The notes below the pieces were generated by a model. The model saw only the letters and a program-made list of their open reading frames with translations, made no database searches and had not been told where the DNA came from. The translations under genes were made by a program, and so were the position numbers. From the NCBI GenBank assembly GCA_964010765.1, contig CAXGMD010000004.1, forward strand, positions 17,338-81,337: a stretch of DNA of 64,000 nucleotides, in the 5' to 3' direction. Below, piece by piece: positions 19,822 to 29,500 of the stretch. Source of the stretch: an uncultured bacterium. Its GTDB lineage: Bacteria; SAR324; NAC60-12. Position 1 is the first letter of the stretch. Every line of letters starts with the position of its first letter.

Positions 19822-20814
19822 TCACATACTTCGAGAAATATTCTCTTCTTGGGGTATGTGATACTCGCTGTTGTAGAGAAAATAGGGAATTCCTCCCAAC
19901 AGATACACTGCCAATTGTATGATGATGTACATATTGAAAATGTCTGCTCCACCAGATACCCCCACTAACTGATACAGCGATTCAAATGCGACATGGCCAA
20001 TTCCAATCCCACCAGGTGCAAGCGGAATAGCAGTTGTTATAAGTCCAATTGGCATTAGAAACAATTGAGTTCCTAGTCCCATTTCAGTGTCAGTTAGTAA
20101 GTGAGCAATTTTCCAAAACAAGAACGCCACTAGACAGTGAATGAGAATCGCTATCAGTAATGTTGAAAGCAAAATCGGCTTCTGATTTTGGTAGCTTTTG
20201 AAAGCAAAATAAATTTTGGTTGTAAACTTTTTAGCGGGGAGTTTTTCAAAAAATTTCAGGAAGGGATCTTTACTATCTTGAAATGGCCAAACGACCAAAG
20301 TGTAAAAGCAAATTGTGGCTAAAAACAAAAAACCGATCAGCCAAATCAAACCATGGAGTCGTGGATTTTCAAGAAAGAAAGATAAGTTTACAAGCAGGGA
20401 AAAAAAGGAGATGACGATCAATCCAAATAAACCTACGAAACGATCAATCAGAAGAGTCATGAAGGCATGGGTTCGGCCTTCTTCAGCTTGGGCCTTTGTA
20501 ATGTAATAGCCTTTTACAAGGTCACCAGAGACAGCTCCAGGAAGAGTACTGTTGAAGAAGTTACCAATCCAAGTCAGTAGAAAGGTTCTGCGTGGAGAAA
20601 CTTGAAGGCCAAGAGCTTTCAGTAGTAGCCACCACCGTAATGCTGCCAAAGGGACCACTAACATGATGAGAACAGAGAGAATCAGCACTAACAAATCAGG
20701 AGAATCCTTCAGCAGCAATAATCGCTCTAAGTTCAAGCGATCACTGCTAATCAAGTAATAAAAAATTCCACCCACAAGAGCCAATTTCCCACCTGTAAAA
20801 ACCACCTTCTTCAT
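19822..20814 (-). CDS. UPF0104 / MprF-flippase-like integral membrane protein
   Basis: Multi-TM protein whose N-terminal pattern (WWLLLKALG..., TWIGNFFNSTLPGAVSGDLVKGYY) is typical of the lysylphosphatidylglycerol synthase TM-region family. Confidence 0.55.
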   Translation of the reverse strand: MKKVVFTGGKLALVGGIFYYLISSDRLNLERLLLLKDSPDLLVLILSVLIMLVVPLAALRWWLLLKALGLQVSPRRTFLLTWIGNFFNSTLPGAVSGDLVKGYYITKAQAEEGRTHAFMTLLIDRFVGLFGLIVISFFSLLVNLSFFLENPRLHGLIWLIGFLFLATICFYTLVVWPFQDSKDPFLKFFEKLPAKKFTTKIYFAFKSYQNQKPILLSTLLIAILIHCLVAFLFWKIAHLLTDTEMGLGTQLFLMPIGLITTAIPLAPGGIGIGHVAFESLYQLVGVSGGADIFNMYIIIQLAVYLLGGIPYFLYNSEYHIPQEENISRSM

Positions 20815-21884
20815 CAGTTCACTTTTGATAGAATCAGTTGATTCAACAACTTATCTCTCTCTTCTTTTGGTAACTGAGCGAGTTCTTCAACTTTCGTGTG
20901 AAAATCCTTCCAATTGCTTTCTGCGCTCTTAAACAACTCCTCGAAAGCAGGCACAAAATTATGGTAACGCTTGACGCCTAATAGATGTGAGTTGTTCAAA
21001 TCCTGAGCAAACCATCGACTGTAATTCAATAACTTAAATTGGGATTGGTTTTGTTGATAGCGCTGTTTCAATTGTTCAAAAATCAATTGTTTCTGCAGTC
21101 GTTTCTTATCTTCATTTAATGAAGATCCATAAAGGTCGTTTAATTCTTTGATAGTTTCATCAATCCAACTTCGAAATAATAAACGATCCTCGTAATTTTG
21201 TCGGATTTGTTCCATTTCATCCCCCAGATTACTTGCTCTGAGGTATTGCAATGTGCCTTCCTGCTCTACAAAGGTAGCGTAGGACTCATTGAAAGATGTG
21301 TCACCAGCAACATAAACCACCTGATGTGCCATCTCGTGTATGAGGGTTGCGATTAGCTCCCTGTCGGAACGCTGAAGAAAAGTACTAAGTACTGGATCTG
21401 AAAAATAATCGGGTAACCAACTCTGATTCAAATAACCCAATGTGGAATAAGCACTTGCGTAAGAAAGAGATACGTCAAAACCATTCTCTCTCAACTCATT
21501 TGCTAGTTGTTCAGCATCAGCAATGTCAAAATATCCACGATAGCCTTGGCAGCCAATGATGAGATAGCACCATTGTTTTGGGTGTAATGAAAAGGGCGGT
21601 GCAGCAGAGACGAGGACACTTACATAGGAATTTGGCAACTCCACGTAACTTTTGTAGCCGTTGCCGGAAGGTAGATTTAATTCAGTGGAGGCGAAGCTGC
21701 GAACTTCGGAAAGAAGCTGAAACTTTTTTTTGAGTTCCGGGTCAGTTGTGTTATCTAGCAACAGACTCTGGATTTCCTGCTTACCTTGAAGCAGGTCAAG
21801 ATGGCCTCGTGTGGCTTGCCAGTAGTAGCTCAGTTCACATCCAGCCAGTAGTAGGCAACAAAAGAAAATTAGCGGGATTTTCAT
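20814..21884 (-). CDS. lipoprotein, predicted zinc aminopeptidase (HExxH)
   Basis: Lipobox LLAGC and HEMAHQ zinc-binding motif. It resembles the predicted-aminopeptidase lipoprotein family. Its stop overlaps the start of the downstream gene. Confidence 0.5.
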   Translation of the reverse strand: MKIPLIFFCCLLLAGCELSYYWQATRGHLDLLQGKQEIQSLLLDNTTDPELKKKFQLLSEVRSFASTELNLPSGNGYKSYVELPNSYVSVLVSAAPPFSLHPKQWCYLIIGCQGYRGYFDIADAEQLANELRENGFDVSLSYASAYSTLGYLNQSWLPDYFSDPVLSTFLQRSDRELIATLIHEMAHQVVYVAGDTSFNESYATFVEQEGTLQYLRASNLGDEMEQIRQNYEDRLLFRSWIDETIKELNDLYGSSLNEDKKRLQKQLIFEQLKQRYQQNQSQFKLLNYSRWFAQDLNNSHLLGVKRYHNFVPAFEELFKSAESNWKDFHTKVEELAQLPKEERDKLLNQLILSKVN

Positions 21885-21898
21885 GTCAAGGAGAGAAA

Positions 21899-22720
21899 TC
21901 AGGCGTCGACAGCAGTCTCCTCTTCACTTAGTGGCATGTAAAGAATGCGGTTGCAGTGAGGGCAGTTTCGATAATTATCTGGTTCTGTTAGAAATTCGTT
22001 TACAAATTGAGGTTGAAGTCGAATGTTACACCCCCCACAAGTTTTATCCACGACTGGAGTGATCGGACGATGTAGTCCATTTTTCTGGCAACGTTTGTAA
22101 AATTGCTGAATAGGCCTGGGTGCACTTTCAAAAGATTTTTGGAAATAATTTTCTAATTCTTGTATCGCAAGAATAGTTTGCTTTTGAGATAGAATCGTTT
22201 GTTCTAGGGCTTCTTCTGCTTCCTGTTTCCCTTTCTCCAATTCAGCTTTCTGCTCAGCCATTTTAGGATCTAAATCTTCTAATTTGATCGCAACTTCTAA
22301 CAAGTTTTCTTCTAGCATTGAGCGATGCTTGCGAGATAACTCCAGTTGCTTTTTACTGGCTTCAAATTCTTTTTCGTTCCGGATTCTTGGAACATGCTTT
22401 TCGAGTTTTTCGATGAGAATGCGTTGCTCTTCGAGTTCATTTTCCATTTGCTGCTGTTGGTTGATCAACGTGGTCTTCTCTGCCTGAAGGTTTTGAAAAA
22501 CCATTTCGACAGGAGCAACTAGCTCATTGACATCAGCAATTTCTTTTTCGAAGCGTCTCAACTGTTGTTTAAGAGCAAAACCCTGCTGTTCGGTTTCAGC
22601 AATGGCGATGAGGGTAGAGCGAAGATGCTGAGACATCATAGACTCCTTTGTGAGAGGCAATCTGGCTTCCTGCCTGAGTGCGGAAGGAGGCGGACGGGTT
22701 GTGTTGTGTGAAGATCGCAA
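21899..22720 (-). CDS. coiled-coil protein with C4 zinc ribbon (COG1579/DUF164-like); probable start at the internal Met near 22640
   Basis: Long coiled coil followed by CGGC...CPHC at the C-terminus. Confidence 0.5.
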   Translation of the reverse strand: MRSSHNTTRPPPSALRQEARLPLTKESMMSQHLRSTLIAIAETEQQGFALKQQLRRFEKEIADVNELVAPVEMVFQNLQAEKTTLINQQQQMENELEEQRILIEKLEKHVPRIRNEKEFEASKKQLELSRKHRSMLEENLLEVAIKLEDLDPKMAEQKAELEKGKQEAEEALEQTILSQKQTILAIQELENYFQKSFESAPRPIQQFYKRCQKNGLHRPITPVVDKTCGGCNIRLQPQFVNEFLTEPDNYRNCPHCNRILYMPLSEEETAVDA

Positions 22721-22808
22721 AAAAGAGAGAAAAGTTCAACACACGTAGTGCTGATTTTGTAAAAGCTTCAAAATTTGATGTTCTCTGAAATAGTCGAGAC
22801 CTATTTGT

Positions 22809-25046
22809 TTAATTATATTTAAAAGTTAGCTTGTCGGCTTTGAGGCCAATTGTTACCTCTCCTCCGTTTTCTAGATTTCCAAAGAGAACTTCATCGGCAA
22901 GAACTGTTTCTATTTCCTGCTGAATGACCCTCTTCATCGGACGTGCTCCAAAATGAGGATCATACCCCTTATTAGCTAACCAATCTCTGGCCTTGTTACT
23001 TACATTGATCGTTACTTTTTTCTGCTGCAGTTTGATCTCTAGCTGGATAATCAATTTGTCAACAATGAGTTGGACGACTTCTTTTGGTAACTGTGCAAAG
23101 GAGATAATCGCATCCAATCGATTTCTAAACTCTGGGCTGAAGGTGCGCTCCAACGCTTGTTTTGATGGTGTCGTTGGAGACTGACTGCCAAATCCAATCA
23201 CAGAGGAAGCCATTTCTTTAGCACCCACATTACACGTCATAATCAAAACTACATTTCTGAAGTCTGCTTCTCGACCATTGTTATCTGTGAGAGTCGCGTG
23301 ATCCATCACCTGAAGCAAAATATTGAAGATGTCCGGGTGAGCTTTTTCGATCTCGTCCAGCAGTAAAACGGTGTGGGGATGCTTACGTATCGCATCGGTA
23401 AGCAGTCCTCCTTGGTCATAGCCAACATATCCCGGAGGTGCTCCGATCAACCGGGAAACAGTATGCTTCTCCATATATTCGCTCATGTCGAAGCGTTGGA
23501 AATGAATTCCTGTAATTTGTGCCAATTGCTTGGCCAGTTCGGTTTTCCCAACTCCTGTGGGGCCAGTGAATAAGAAAGAGCCAATGGGTTGATCACTTTG
23601 TCGCAAGCCAGCTCGTGTGCGTTTGATGGCCTGAACCAAGGCATGAATTGCATTGTCCTGTCCAAAGACCTGAAGCTGGAGCTCTTTTTCAAGGTCCTTG
23701 AGCTTTTCCTTATCAGAACTATTCATTCGCTCAATCGGAATCCGCGCAATACTGGCGATGACTTTTTCAATGTCTTGGGAATTAACAGTTTTGCGGCCCG
23801 CTCCTTTCAGCCGAATAGCAGCACCAGTTTCGTCAATAACATCGATAGCTTTGTCAGGCAGGTAGCGATCATTGATGTATTTTGCAGATAGCTCAGCGGC
23901 GGTTCTTAGGGAAGATACAGTATAACGGAGCTCGTGATGTTCTTCGTAACGATTTTTTAGTCCCTTGAGAATTAAAAAGGTCTCCTCAATTGAGGGCTCA
24001 TCGATGTCGATCTTCTGAAAGCGTCTGGATAGAGCTCGGTCTTTCTCGAAAAGTTTTTTGTATTCATCATAGGTTGTAGACCCTATGCATCGAATCTCAC
24101 CCTTCGCTAGAGCCGGCTTGAGTAAGTTCGAGACATCCATTGATCCCCCACTAGTTGCCCCAGCGCCAATGATCGTGTGAATCTCATCGATGAATAGGAT
24201 AGATTTTGGCTTCTGCTGCAAAGATTTAAGAACTGCTTTGATGCGTTGCTCAAAGTCCCCACGAAATTTTGTACCAGCTAAGAGTGCCCCGATATCAAGC
24301 GCATAAATCTCAGATCCTTCCAGAAGTTCAGGAACCTCTTGACGGAATATGCGTAAGGCAAGACCTTCCGCAATAGCGGTTTTACCGACCCCAGGATCGC
24401 CTACGTAGATAGGATTATTTTTCCGACGTCGACAGAGAATCTGAATTGTTCGGTCTAACTCTGCATCGCGTCCAATCAAGGGGTCAATGCGATCTTCTTC
24501 GGCAAGCTTTGTTAGGTTTGTGGTGTAGTGTTTGAGGGCATCCTGCTCCCCACGTCCCTGGGAGCTTTCTTCTTCGTCTGTACTATCAAAATTGTGGTTC
24601 TCTTCTTCATCCTCAACAGCTACCTTAGCAATTCCATGTGAGATGTAATTCAGCAAATCGAGCCTCGTGATGCCCTCTTTCTGCAGAAAATAGGAAGCAT
24701 ATGATTGGGATTCTCGATGAATTGCCACAAGGATGTCCCCAACGTCGGCAGATGCCTTCCCAGAACTATTAACGTGCATGATTGCTAAATGGAGAACACG
24801 TTGAACGGCTCTGGTTTGTTGAGGATTGGATCCCTCTTCTCGCATGGTTTCTTGTTGATCAAAAAATTCTTCCAGATCTTCTTTGATTCGATCAACGTTG
24901 CCTCCACAACTTCTAATAATTCTTACCCCATTGTCATTGTGCAATAGGGCATAAAGAATGTGCTCCACACAAAGGTACTCATGGCGTCGATCCTTGGCTT
25001 CACTTTGTGCAGCCATCAAGCACATTTCTAAATCTCTCGTGAACAT
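22809..25046 (-). CDS. clpA: ATP-dependent Clp protease ATP-binding subunit ClpA
   Basis: Clp N-domain, two AAA+ modules (GDPGVGKT, GPTGVGKT) and a ClpB-D2-small domain. It is adjacent to clpS. Confidence 0.9.
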   Translation of the reverse strand: MFTRDLEMCLMAAQSEAKDRRHEYLCVEHILYALLHNDNGVRIIRSCGGNVDRIKEDLEEFFDQQETMREEGSNPQQTRAVQRVLHLAIMHVNSSGKASADVGDILVAIHRESQSYASYFLQKEGITRLDLLNYISHGIAKVAVEDEEENHNFDSTDEEESSQGRGEQDALKHYTTNLTKLAEEDRIDPLIGRDAELDRTIQILCRRRKNNPIYVGDPGVGKTAIAEGLALRIFRQEVPELLEGSEIYALDIGALLAGTKFRGDFEQRIKAVLKSLQQKPKSILFIDEIHTIIGAGATSGGSMDVSNLLKPALAKGEIRCIGSTTYDEYKKLFEKDRALSRRFQKIDIDEPSIEETFLILKGLKNRYEEHHELRYTVSSLRTAAELSAKYINDRYLPDKAIDVIDETGAAIRLKGAGRKTVNSQDIEKVIASIARIPIERMNSSDKEKLKDLEKELQLQVFGQDNAIHALVQAIKRTRAGLRQSDQPIGSFLFTGPTGVGKTELAKQLAQITGIHFQRFDMSEYMEKHTVSRLIGAPPGYVGYDQGGLLTDAIRKHPHTVLLLDEIEKAHPDIFNILLQVMDHATLTDNNGREADFRNVVLIMTCNVGAKEMASSVIGFGSQSPTTPSKQALERTFSPEFRNRLDAIISFAQLPKEVVQLIVDKLIIQLEIKLQQKKVTINVSNKARDWLANKGYDPHFGARPMKRVIQQEIETVLADEVLFGNLENGGEVTIGLKADKLTFKYN

Positions 25047-25063
25047 ATGGGATTCCTGTCAGA

Positions 25064-25372
25064 TCAAACTTCTTCCATACTTGCTTTGAGAGGAAACTCG
25101 TTTTGACGAGCCATCTCATGAACAGCTTCAACTTTGGTTTCTGCAACCTCATAGGAGTAGACGCCGCAGATACCGACACCAGTCTTGTGGACCTGTAACA
25201 TAATCTGAATCGCTTCGTCAGCCGTTTTGTGGAAGACCGCCTCTAAAACACGCACCACAAAATCCATTGTGGTGTAGTCATCGTTATGTAGTAGGACTTT
25301 AAACTGAACCGGTGGTTTGAGTTTCTGTTTCGTCAGTGTGACGAGGTCTTCCTGGGGCTTAAACTGACTCAT
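25064..25372 (-). CDS. clpS: ATP-dependent Clp protease adaptor ClpS
   Basis: 102 aa with typical ClpS core (VLLHNDDYTTMDFVVRVL). Confidence 0.85.
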   Translation of the reverse strand: MSQFKPQEDLVTLTKQKLKPPVQFKVLLHNDDYTTMDFVVRVLEAVFHKTADEAIQIMLQVHKTGVGICGVYSYEVAETKVEAVHEMARQNEFPLKASMEEV

Positions 25373-25482
25373 TCTTGTTCTTGGTTTACCGGGAAATTTC
25401 CTTTGTGATAATCCCAGAGATATGCAGATGAATTCCTAAATAAATTCAATAATATACTTTTTCAAATCGAGGGGTTTATCGT

Positions 25483-26418
25483 TCAGGTTCCTGTAGGTCT
25501 CATCTCTAATTCAGCACGAACTTCAGTACGCTGCTGACCAGGTTCTTGAATATAGACTCGGCTATCTGGAGGTACACTATGAGTTAGCCATACATTACCG
25601 CCAATGATTGAACGGGCCCCCACAACAGTATTGCCCCCTAGAATCGTAGCGCCAGCGTAAATAATGGTTTCACGCTCAATAGTTGGGTGTCGTTTGAGAT
25701 GTGGTTCATTCTTATGCTGTATTGGACTGAATGCACCAAGTGTTACCCCTTGGTAAATGCGCACTTGGTCGAGTATCACTGCGGTACCACCAATAACGAT
25801 GCCAGTTCCGTGGTCAATCATCACACCACGTCCAATCCGGGCACCTGGATTGATATCAATTCCAGTCAATGAGTGGACATGCTCACTGAGAATCCGTGGC
25901 ATTAGCGGGATTTGGTAGTTGTGGAGGAAGTGGGCAATCCGGTAAATGCTGAGGGCGTGTATTCCTGGGTAGGCCAGAACGATTTCCTTACGATCATTAG
26001 CGGCCGGGTCACCTGCAAAGGTGGCTTCGACGTCTTCAGCCAAAACTTCTCTCATTTCCGGAAGTGTTTCGAGCAAGTTGAGAGAAATTTCTTCTGCTCT
26101 TTCACTACAGGCGCCTGCTGGTGGCTGGGGTAATCCCTCCTGTCTGCTTTGCCAGCAGATCACTTGCTCCAGGTAGTCACGTAGTCTGTAGAAGATTGAG
26201 GCGCTTTTTTGACCTAACCAATAAGGTAAACTGATGGCATCAAGTTGTTCTTGCCTGAGCAAACCCGGGAACAGCAAAACCTGTAAATCATTGGCCAACT
26301 GGACGATGCTCTCTCGAGCAGGCAAGCCAGAGCAGCCAATGCTCTGAATTTCGGGATGACTATGATAGGAGTCCAGTAAGGCATCCACTGCCTTCCGAAG
26401 TCGTAACTCTGTTTGCAT
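25483..26418 (-). CDS. cysE: serine O-acetyltransferase (long form with N-terminal SATase helical domain)
   Basis: Left-handed beta-helix hexapeptide repeats (GARIGRGVMIDHGTGIVIG...) preceded by a SAT N-terminal domain. Confidence 0.75.
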   Translation of the reverse strand: MQTELRLRKAVDALLDSYHSHPEIQSIGCSGLPARESIVQLANDLQVLLFPGLLRQEQLDAISLPYWLGQKSASIFYRLRDYLEQVICWQSRQEGLPQPPAGACSERAEEISLNLLETLPEMREVLAEDVEATFAGDPAANDRKEIVLAYPGIHALSIYRIAHFLHNYQIPLMPRILSEHVHSLTGIDINPGARIGRGVMIDHGTGIVIGGTAVILDQVRIYQGVTLGAFSPIQHKNEPHLKRHPTIERETIIYAGATILGGNTVVGARSIIGGNVWLTHSVPPDSRVYIQEPGQQRTEVRAELEMRPTGT

Positions 26419-26447
26419 AACTAACTGAGAAGAATCATGACTGTTTT

Positions 26448-29351
26448 TCAGGATGATTTTGCTAATTTCAAACCTATTGGTAGTTCATCACCAAACAACC
26501 AGTTCTGCAAGTTGCTTTCTAGAATCTCCACAGCATCTCTCTTTGCTTCTTCGGTAAGTAATCGTACTAGGCTACCATCTTCATCATAGGATTCTACGAA
26601 AGCAATCAGTTCTTTTCGAAGATCTGGAGAAATATCTCTGTGTCGGTCTCCAGTAAACTGCCCCAGCTTAGTCAAAACCAATGGTAACTCTTGAATCGGT
26701 TTTTGATGATGGATTTCAAGCAAACTTTGAATCCAAGATTCAACTTCTTTTGGAGGGATCACATACAAAGTACCTGCATGCACAAATTCACGCGAACCAA
26801 AGCGGGCTAGACAGAGTGCCTCAATCCCTGTGCTTTGTCCCTTTTCCAAGCGATCGAGTAACTGCTTACTATAAGTTCTCTTCTTCTCGTGTGGTACTGA
26901 TTCTAAGTTGCTAAGTAACAACCACAATTCGTTGAGAGCGCTGGGAGAAATAGATGCGGGTCTTTTCCCTTTTGGCAGTTTCGAGGACCTTGGCTTACGA
27001 TTCCCTTCGACCAATCGCTCTTCCAAAGATTTGAAGATGGCTTCTTGGGTTTGTGAAGGTAGCCCTGCGGCTACACGGCGACAAAAAATCCACCACTCAA
27101 CTTCTACGTTTCGCTCTTTTCGAAACTGCGGTCCACGAGCAATCCATTCTGTTAGTTGCTTGATTCGTAGCTCATCATTTGGAAATCCAAATCCTGGACG
27201 CAGGCAGAATCCACAGATTTTCAGCCAATTCATTTCATGGTTTACAGAACGAACTCTAGTTCCCATTCCACTGAGTAATTGATCAGCAATTTCTCGCAAA
27301 AGTGGGAGTGGCCAACCAGATCGTGGGCCCAGTAATGCCTCCAGTTGTTTGTTTAGGCTCAAGGGCAGATTTTCTTGGCGGCTTCTCTTACCAAACCAGC
27401 TTTGCAGAGTCCTCTGAACATCATCCCAATTGCTAGGAGGTTCCCATTGATTATCAACAGTGATGCTGTGATCTGATTGAATTACCTCTGGTGCAGATTC
27501 TCGGATACGGAATTCAAGGCGCCACTCCTCACTTAAGTGGTGGTTAACACACTCTAGGCTAAGGGTCCCTATCTCATTCAACTTTGCTCGGAGTTGGATT
27601 CCCAGTGTTGTGGCTTTTTTGGGAAGCCGATTGCGGTCTATTCCCAGAAATGTCTGAATCGGTGGAAGTTCGGTAAAATCACGTTCCAATTCTTCTTGTT
27701 CAATTTGGATTATATCACCCAAGTGGTCTTGCGTTCGGATACTGGAGGCCCTCATCTCAAATTGAACAGGTTGATTTATAGCAATTTCAAGGGTGTGTCC
27801 CTGTACTTCCTGATATTCCTCGACAGAAGCTTGTTGGGGCAAGATGCACAACCAGGCTAGGTTTTGTGAACCCGGCTCCATTCCATCAATCAGCAGTGAG
27901 ACATAGTAGCTTCGAGCACTCCCTCCTTTGATTTGCAGCCCTTTCCCCTCACGCACAAGATGGTAATAAGTTGCTCCTTTGGCAACAGCCAACTGCATTT
28001 GCTCTTGAGGAAGTACTTGAACACTTTTCTCAGTTTCTCCTAGTTGAGATCCCCATTTTTCCAGTAGACGCCGGATTTTTTCCTGAAGCAAAGAAGGCTC
28101 GAGTGTCCCACCGTTGAAAAGTACGTGAGTAGGAAAGCGTTCTGGTTCAATTTGGGAGCAGTGATTTCTTAAAAATCTGAGCAGATGTCGAGTAATTGCG
28201 GTGTCACTGGCGTATGGGAGTCCAAGGGTGCGCAATGCCAGAATCTTCTTGGCTGGTAAATCAGCATCCCAGTCCAGTTCAGGGAAAAAGCCATCCAAGA
28301 TGATTTGTTCGAATTCATTTTGGGAGAGAATATAGTTCTTTGTCTTTCCAATCAGTCTGCTCCCTTGTTCAGCAATCGTTATCGGAAACTGATCCTGTTC
28401 AGTTGCCCAAAGAATTTCCTTTGCCCTTCTGCATTGGGCTGTGAGTGCCTCCCAAAGACGGGGGGATAGTTTTCTCTGTTGTCCTGTCAGTTGCTGTTCA
28501 ACATGTGCTGCTAGGGCTAAATCCAAATTATCCCCACCCAGTAAGATGTGATCACTGACAGCTAGACGTTCCATTTCAGGATTCCCTTTGGGATCTTCAG
28601 GCATCTTTACTTTGACGAGGCTGAAATCGCTTGTTCCACCACCGATATCAACAACTAAGACAATATTTTCGGAGTTTTTGAAATAATCTGATAATGTTTT
28701 TGGGGAATCACAGTCCTCTAAATTTTCAGCAATCCATGAGTAAAAGGCTGCTTGAGGTTCTTCCAGTAGAGTGACGGTTTTTAGCCCCGCCATTTTGACC
28801 GAACGCAGGGTGAACTCTCGGGCTATTTCATCAAAAGAGGCAGGAACCGTAAGCACAATTTCTTGGTCTTCCAGCTGTAGTTCGGTTCTGTCTTTGGCAA
28901 TTTTGTGATTCCACGAATCTCTAAGATGCTGAAGAAAGAGTGAACTCGCAGCAAGGGGCGAATATCGTTTGAGTTCTGGTTGGTCACTCTGAGGGAGAAT
29001 CTCTGCTTCTGGATTTAAATTGTGGTAACATAGCCAAGATTTCGCAGAATGAATATTTCGCCCAGGTCGGAGCGCCTGCTGTTGCCGAGCCCATTCTCCA
29101 GTAGCTAAATCAGGTTCAGAATCCTCGGACCAAGGCAATTGAAAGCGGCCAGAAAGTTTTTCTTCTTTGGTCAATAAAAATGCATGAGAAGGTAAGGTCT
29201 TTTGATCATACCACTCACCATTGCCAATCCACTGTGGAATTTCAAAACAGTGCAGTTGATTTGTAAAATCTTCCTGGTCTAAATAGCAAAGAGCACTGTT
29301 GCTGGTACCAAGATCAATTCCGATTCTAAATCTCGATGTAGGCAATTTCAT
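26448..29351 (-). CDS. large Hsp70-family protein (actin-like ATPase NBD plus ~500-aa uncharacterised C-terminal region)
   Basis: IGIDLGTSNSA and VVDIGGGTSDFSLV phosphate-binding motifs of Hsp70. No EEVD or canonical lid. Confidence 0.7.
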   Translation of the reverse strand: MKLPTSRFRIGIDLGTSNSALCYLDQEDFTNQLHCFEIPQWIGNGEWYDQKTLPSHAFLLTKEEKLSGRFQLPWSEDSEPDLATGEWARQQQALRPGRNIHSAKSWLCYHNLNPEAEILPQSDQPELKRYSPLAASSLFLQHLRDSWNHKIAKDRTELQLEDQEIVLTVPASFDEIAREFTLRSVKMAGLKTVTLLEEPQAAFYSWIAENLEDCDSPKTLSDYFKNSENIVLVVDIGGGTSDFSLVKVKMPEDPKGNPEMERLAVSDHILLGGDNLDLALAAHVEQQLTGQQRKLSPRLWEALTAQCRRAKEILWATEQDQFPITIAEQGSRLIGKTKNYILSQNEFEQIILDGFFPELDWDADLPAKKILALRTLGLPYASDTAITRHLLRFLRNHCSQIEPERFPTHVLFNGGTLEPSLLQEKIRRLLEKWGSQLGETEKSVQVLPQEQMQLAVAKGATYYHLVREGKGLQIKGGSARSYYVSLLIDGMEPGSQNLAWLCILPQQASVEEYQEVQGHTLEIAINQPVQFEMRASSIRTQDHLGDIIQIEQEELERDFTELPPIQTFLGIDRNRLPKKATTLGIQLRAKLNEIGTLSLECVNHHLSEEWRLEFRIRESAPEVIQSDHSITVDNQWEPPSNWDDVQRTLQSWFGKRSRQENLPLSLNKQLEALLGPRSGWPLPLLREIADQLLSGMGTRVRSVNHEMNWLKICGFCLRPGFGFPNDELRIKQLTEWIARGPQFRKERNVEVEWWIFCRRVAAGLPSQTQEAIFKSLEERLVEGNRKPRSSKLPKGKRPASISPSALNELWLLLSNLESVPHEKKRTYSKQLLDRLEKGQSTGIEALCLARFGSREFVHAGTLYVIPPKEVESWIQSLLEIHHQKPIQELPLVLTKLGQFTGDRHRDISPDLRKELIAFVESYDEDGSLVRLLTEEAKRDAVEILESNLQNWLFGDELPIGLKLAKSS

Positions 29352-29500
29352 GATGTTTTCTTCAAAGGAGGCTTGATCTCATGATATGTTTAGATACTTG
29401 AGTGGTCATGGTAAGTCTGGCAATTCGTTTGAACTTTTGGGGCAATCATGGAATAAGATTGATCCTCTTCAAGTAACCAAAGCTTAAATTTCAAATCAAC

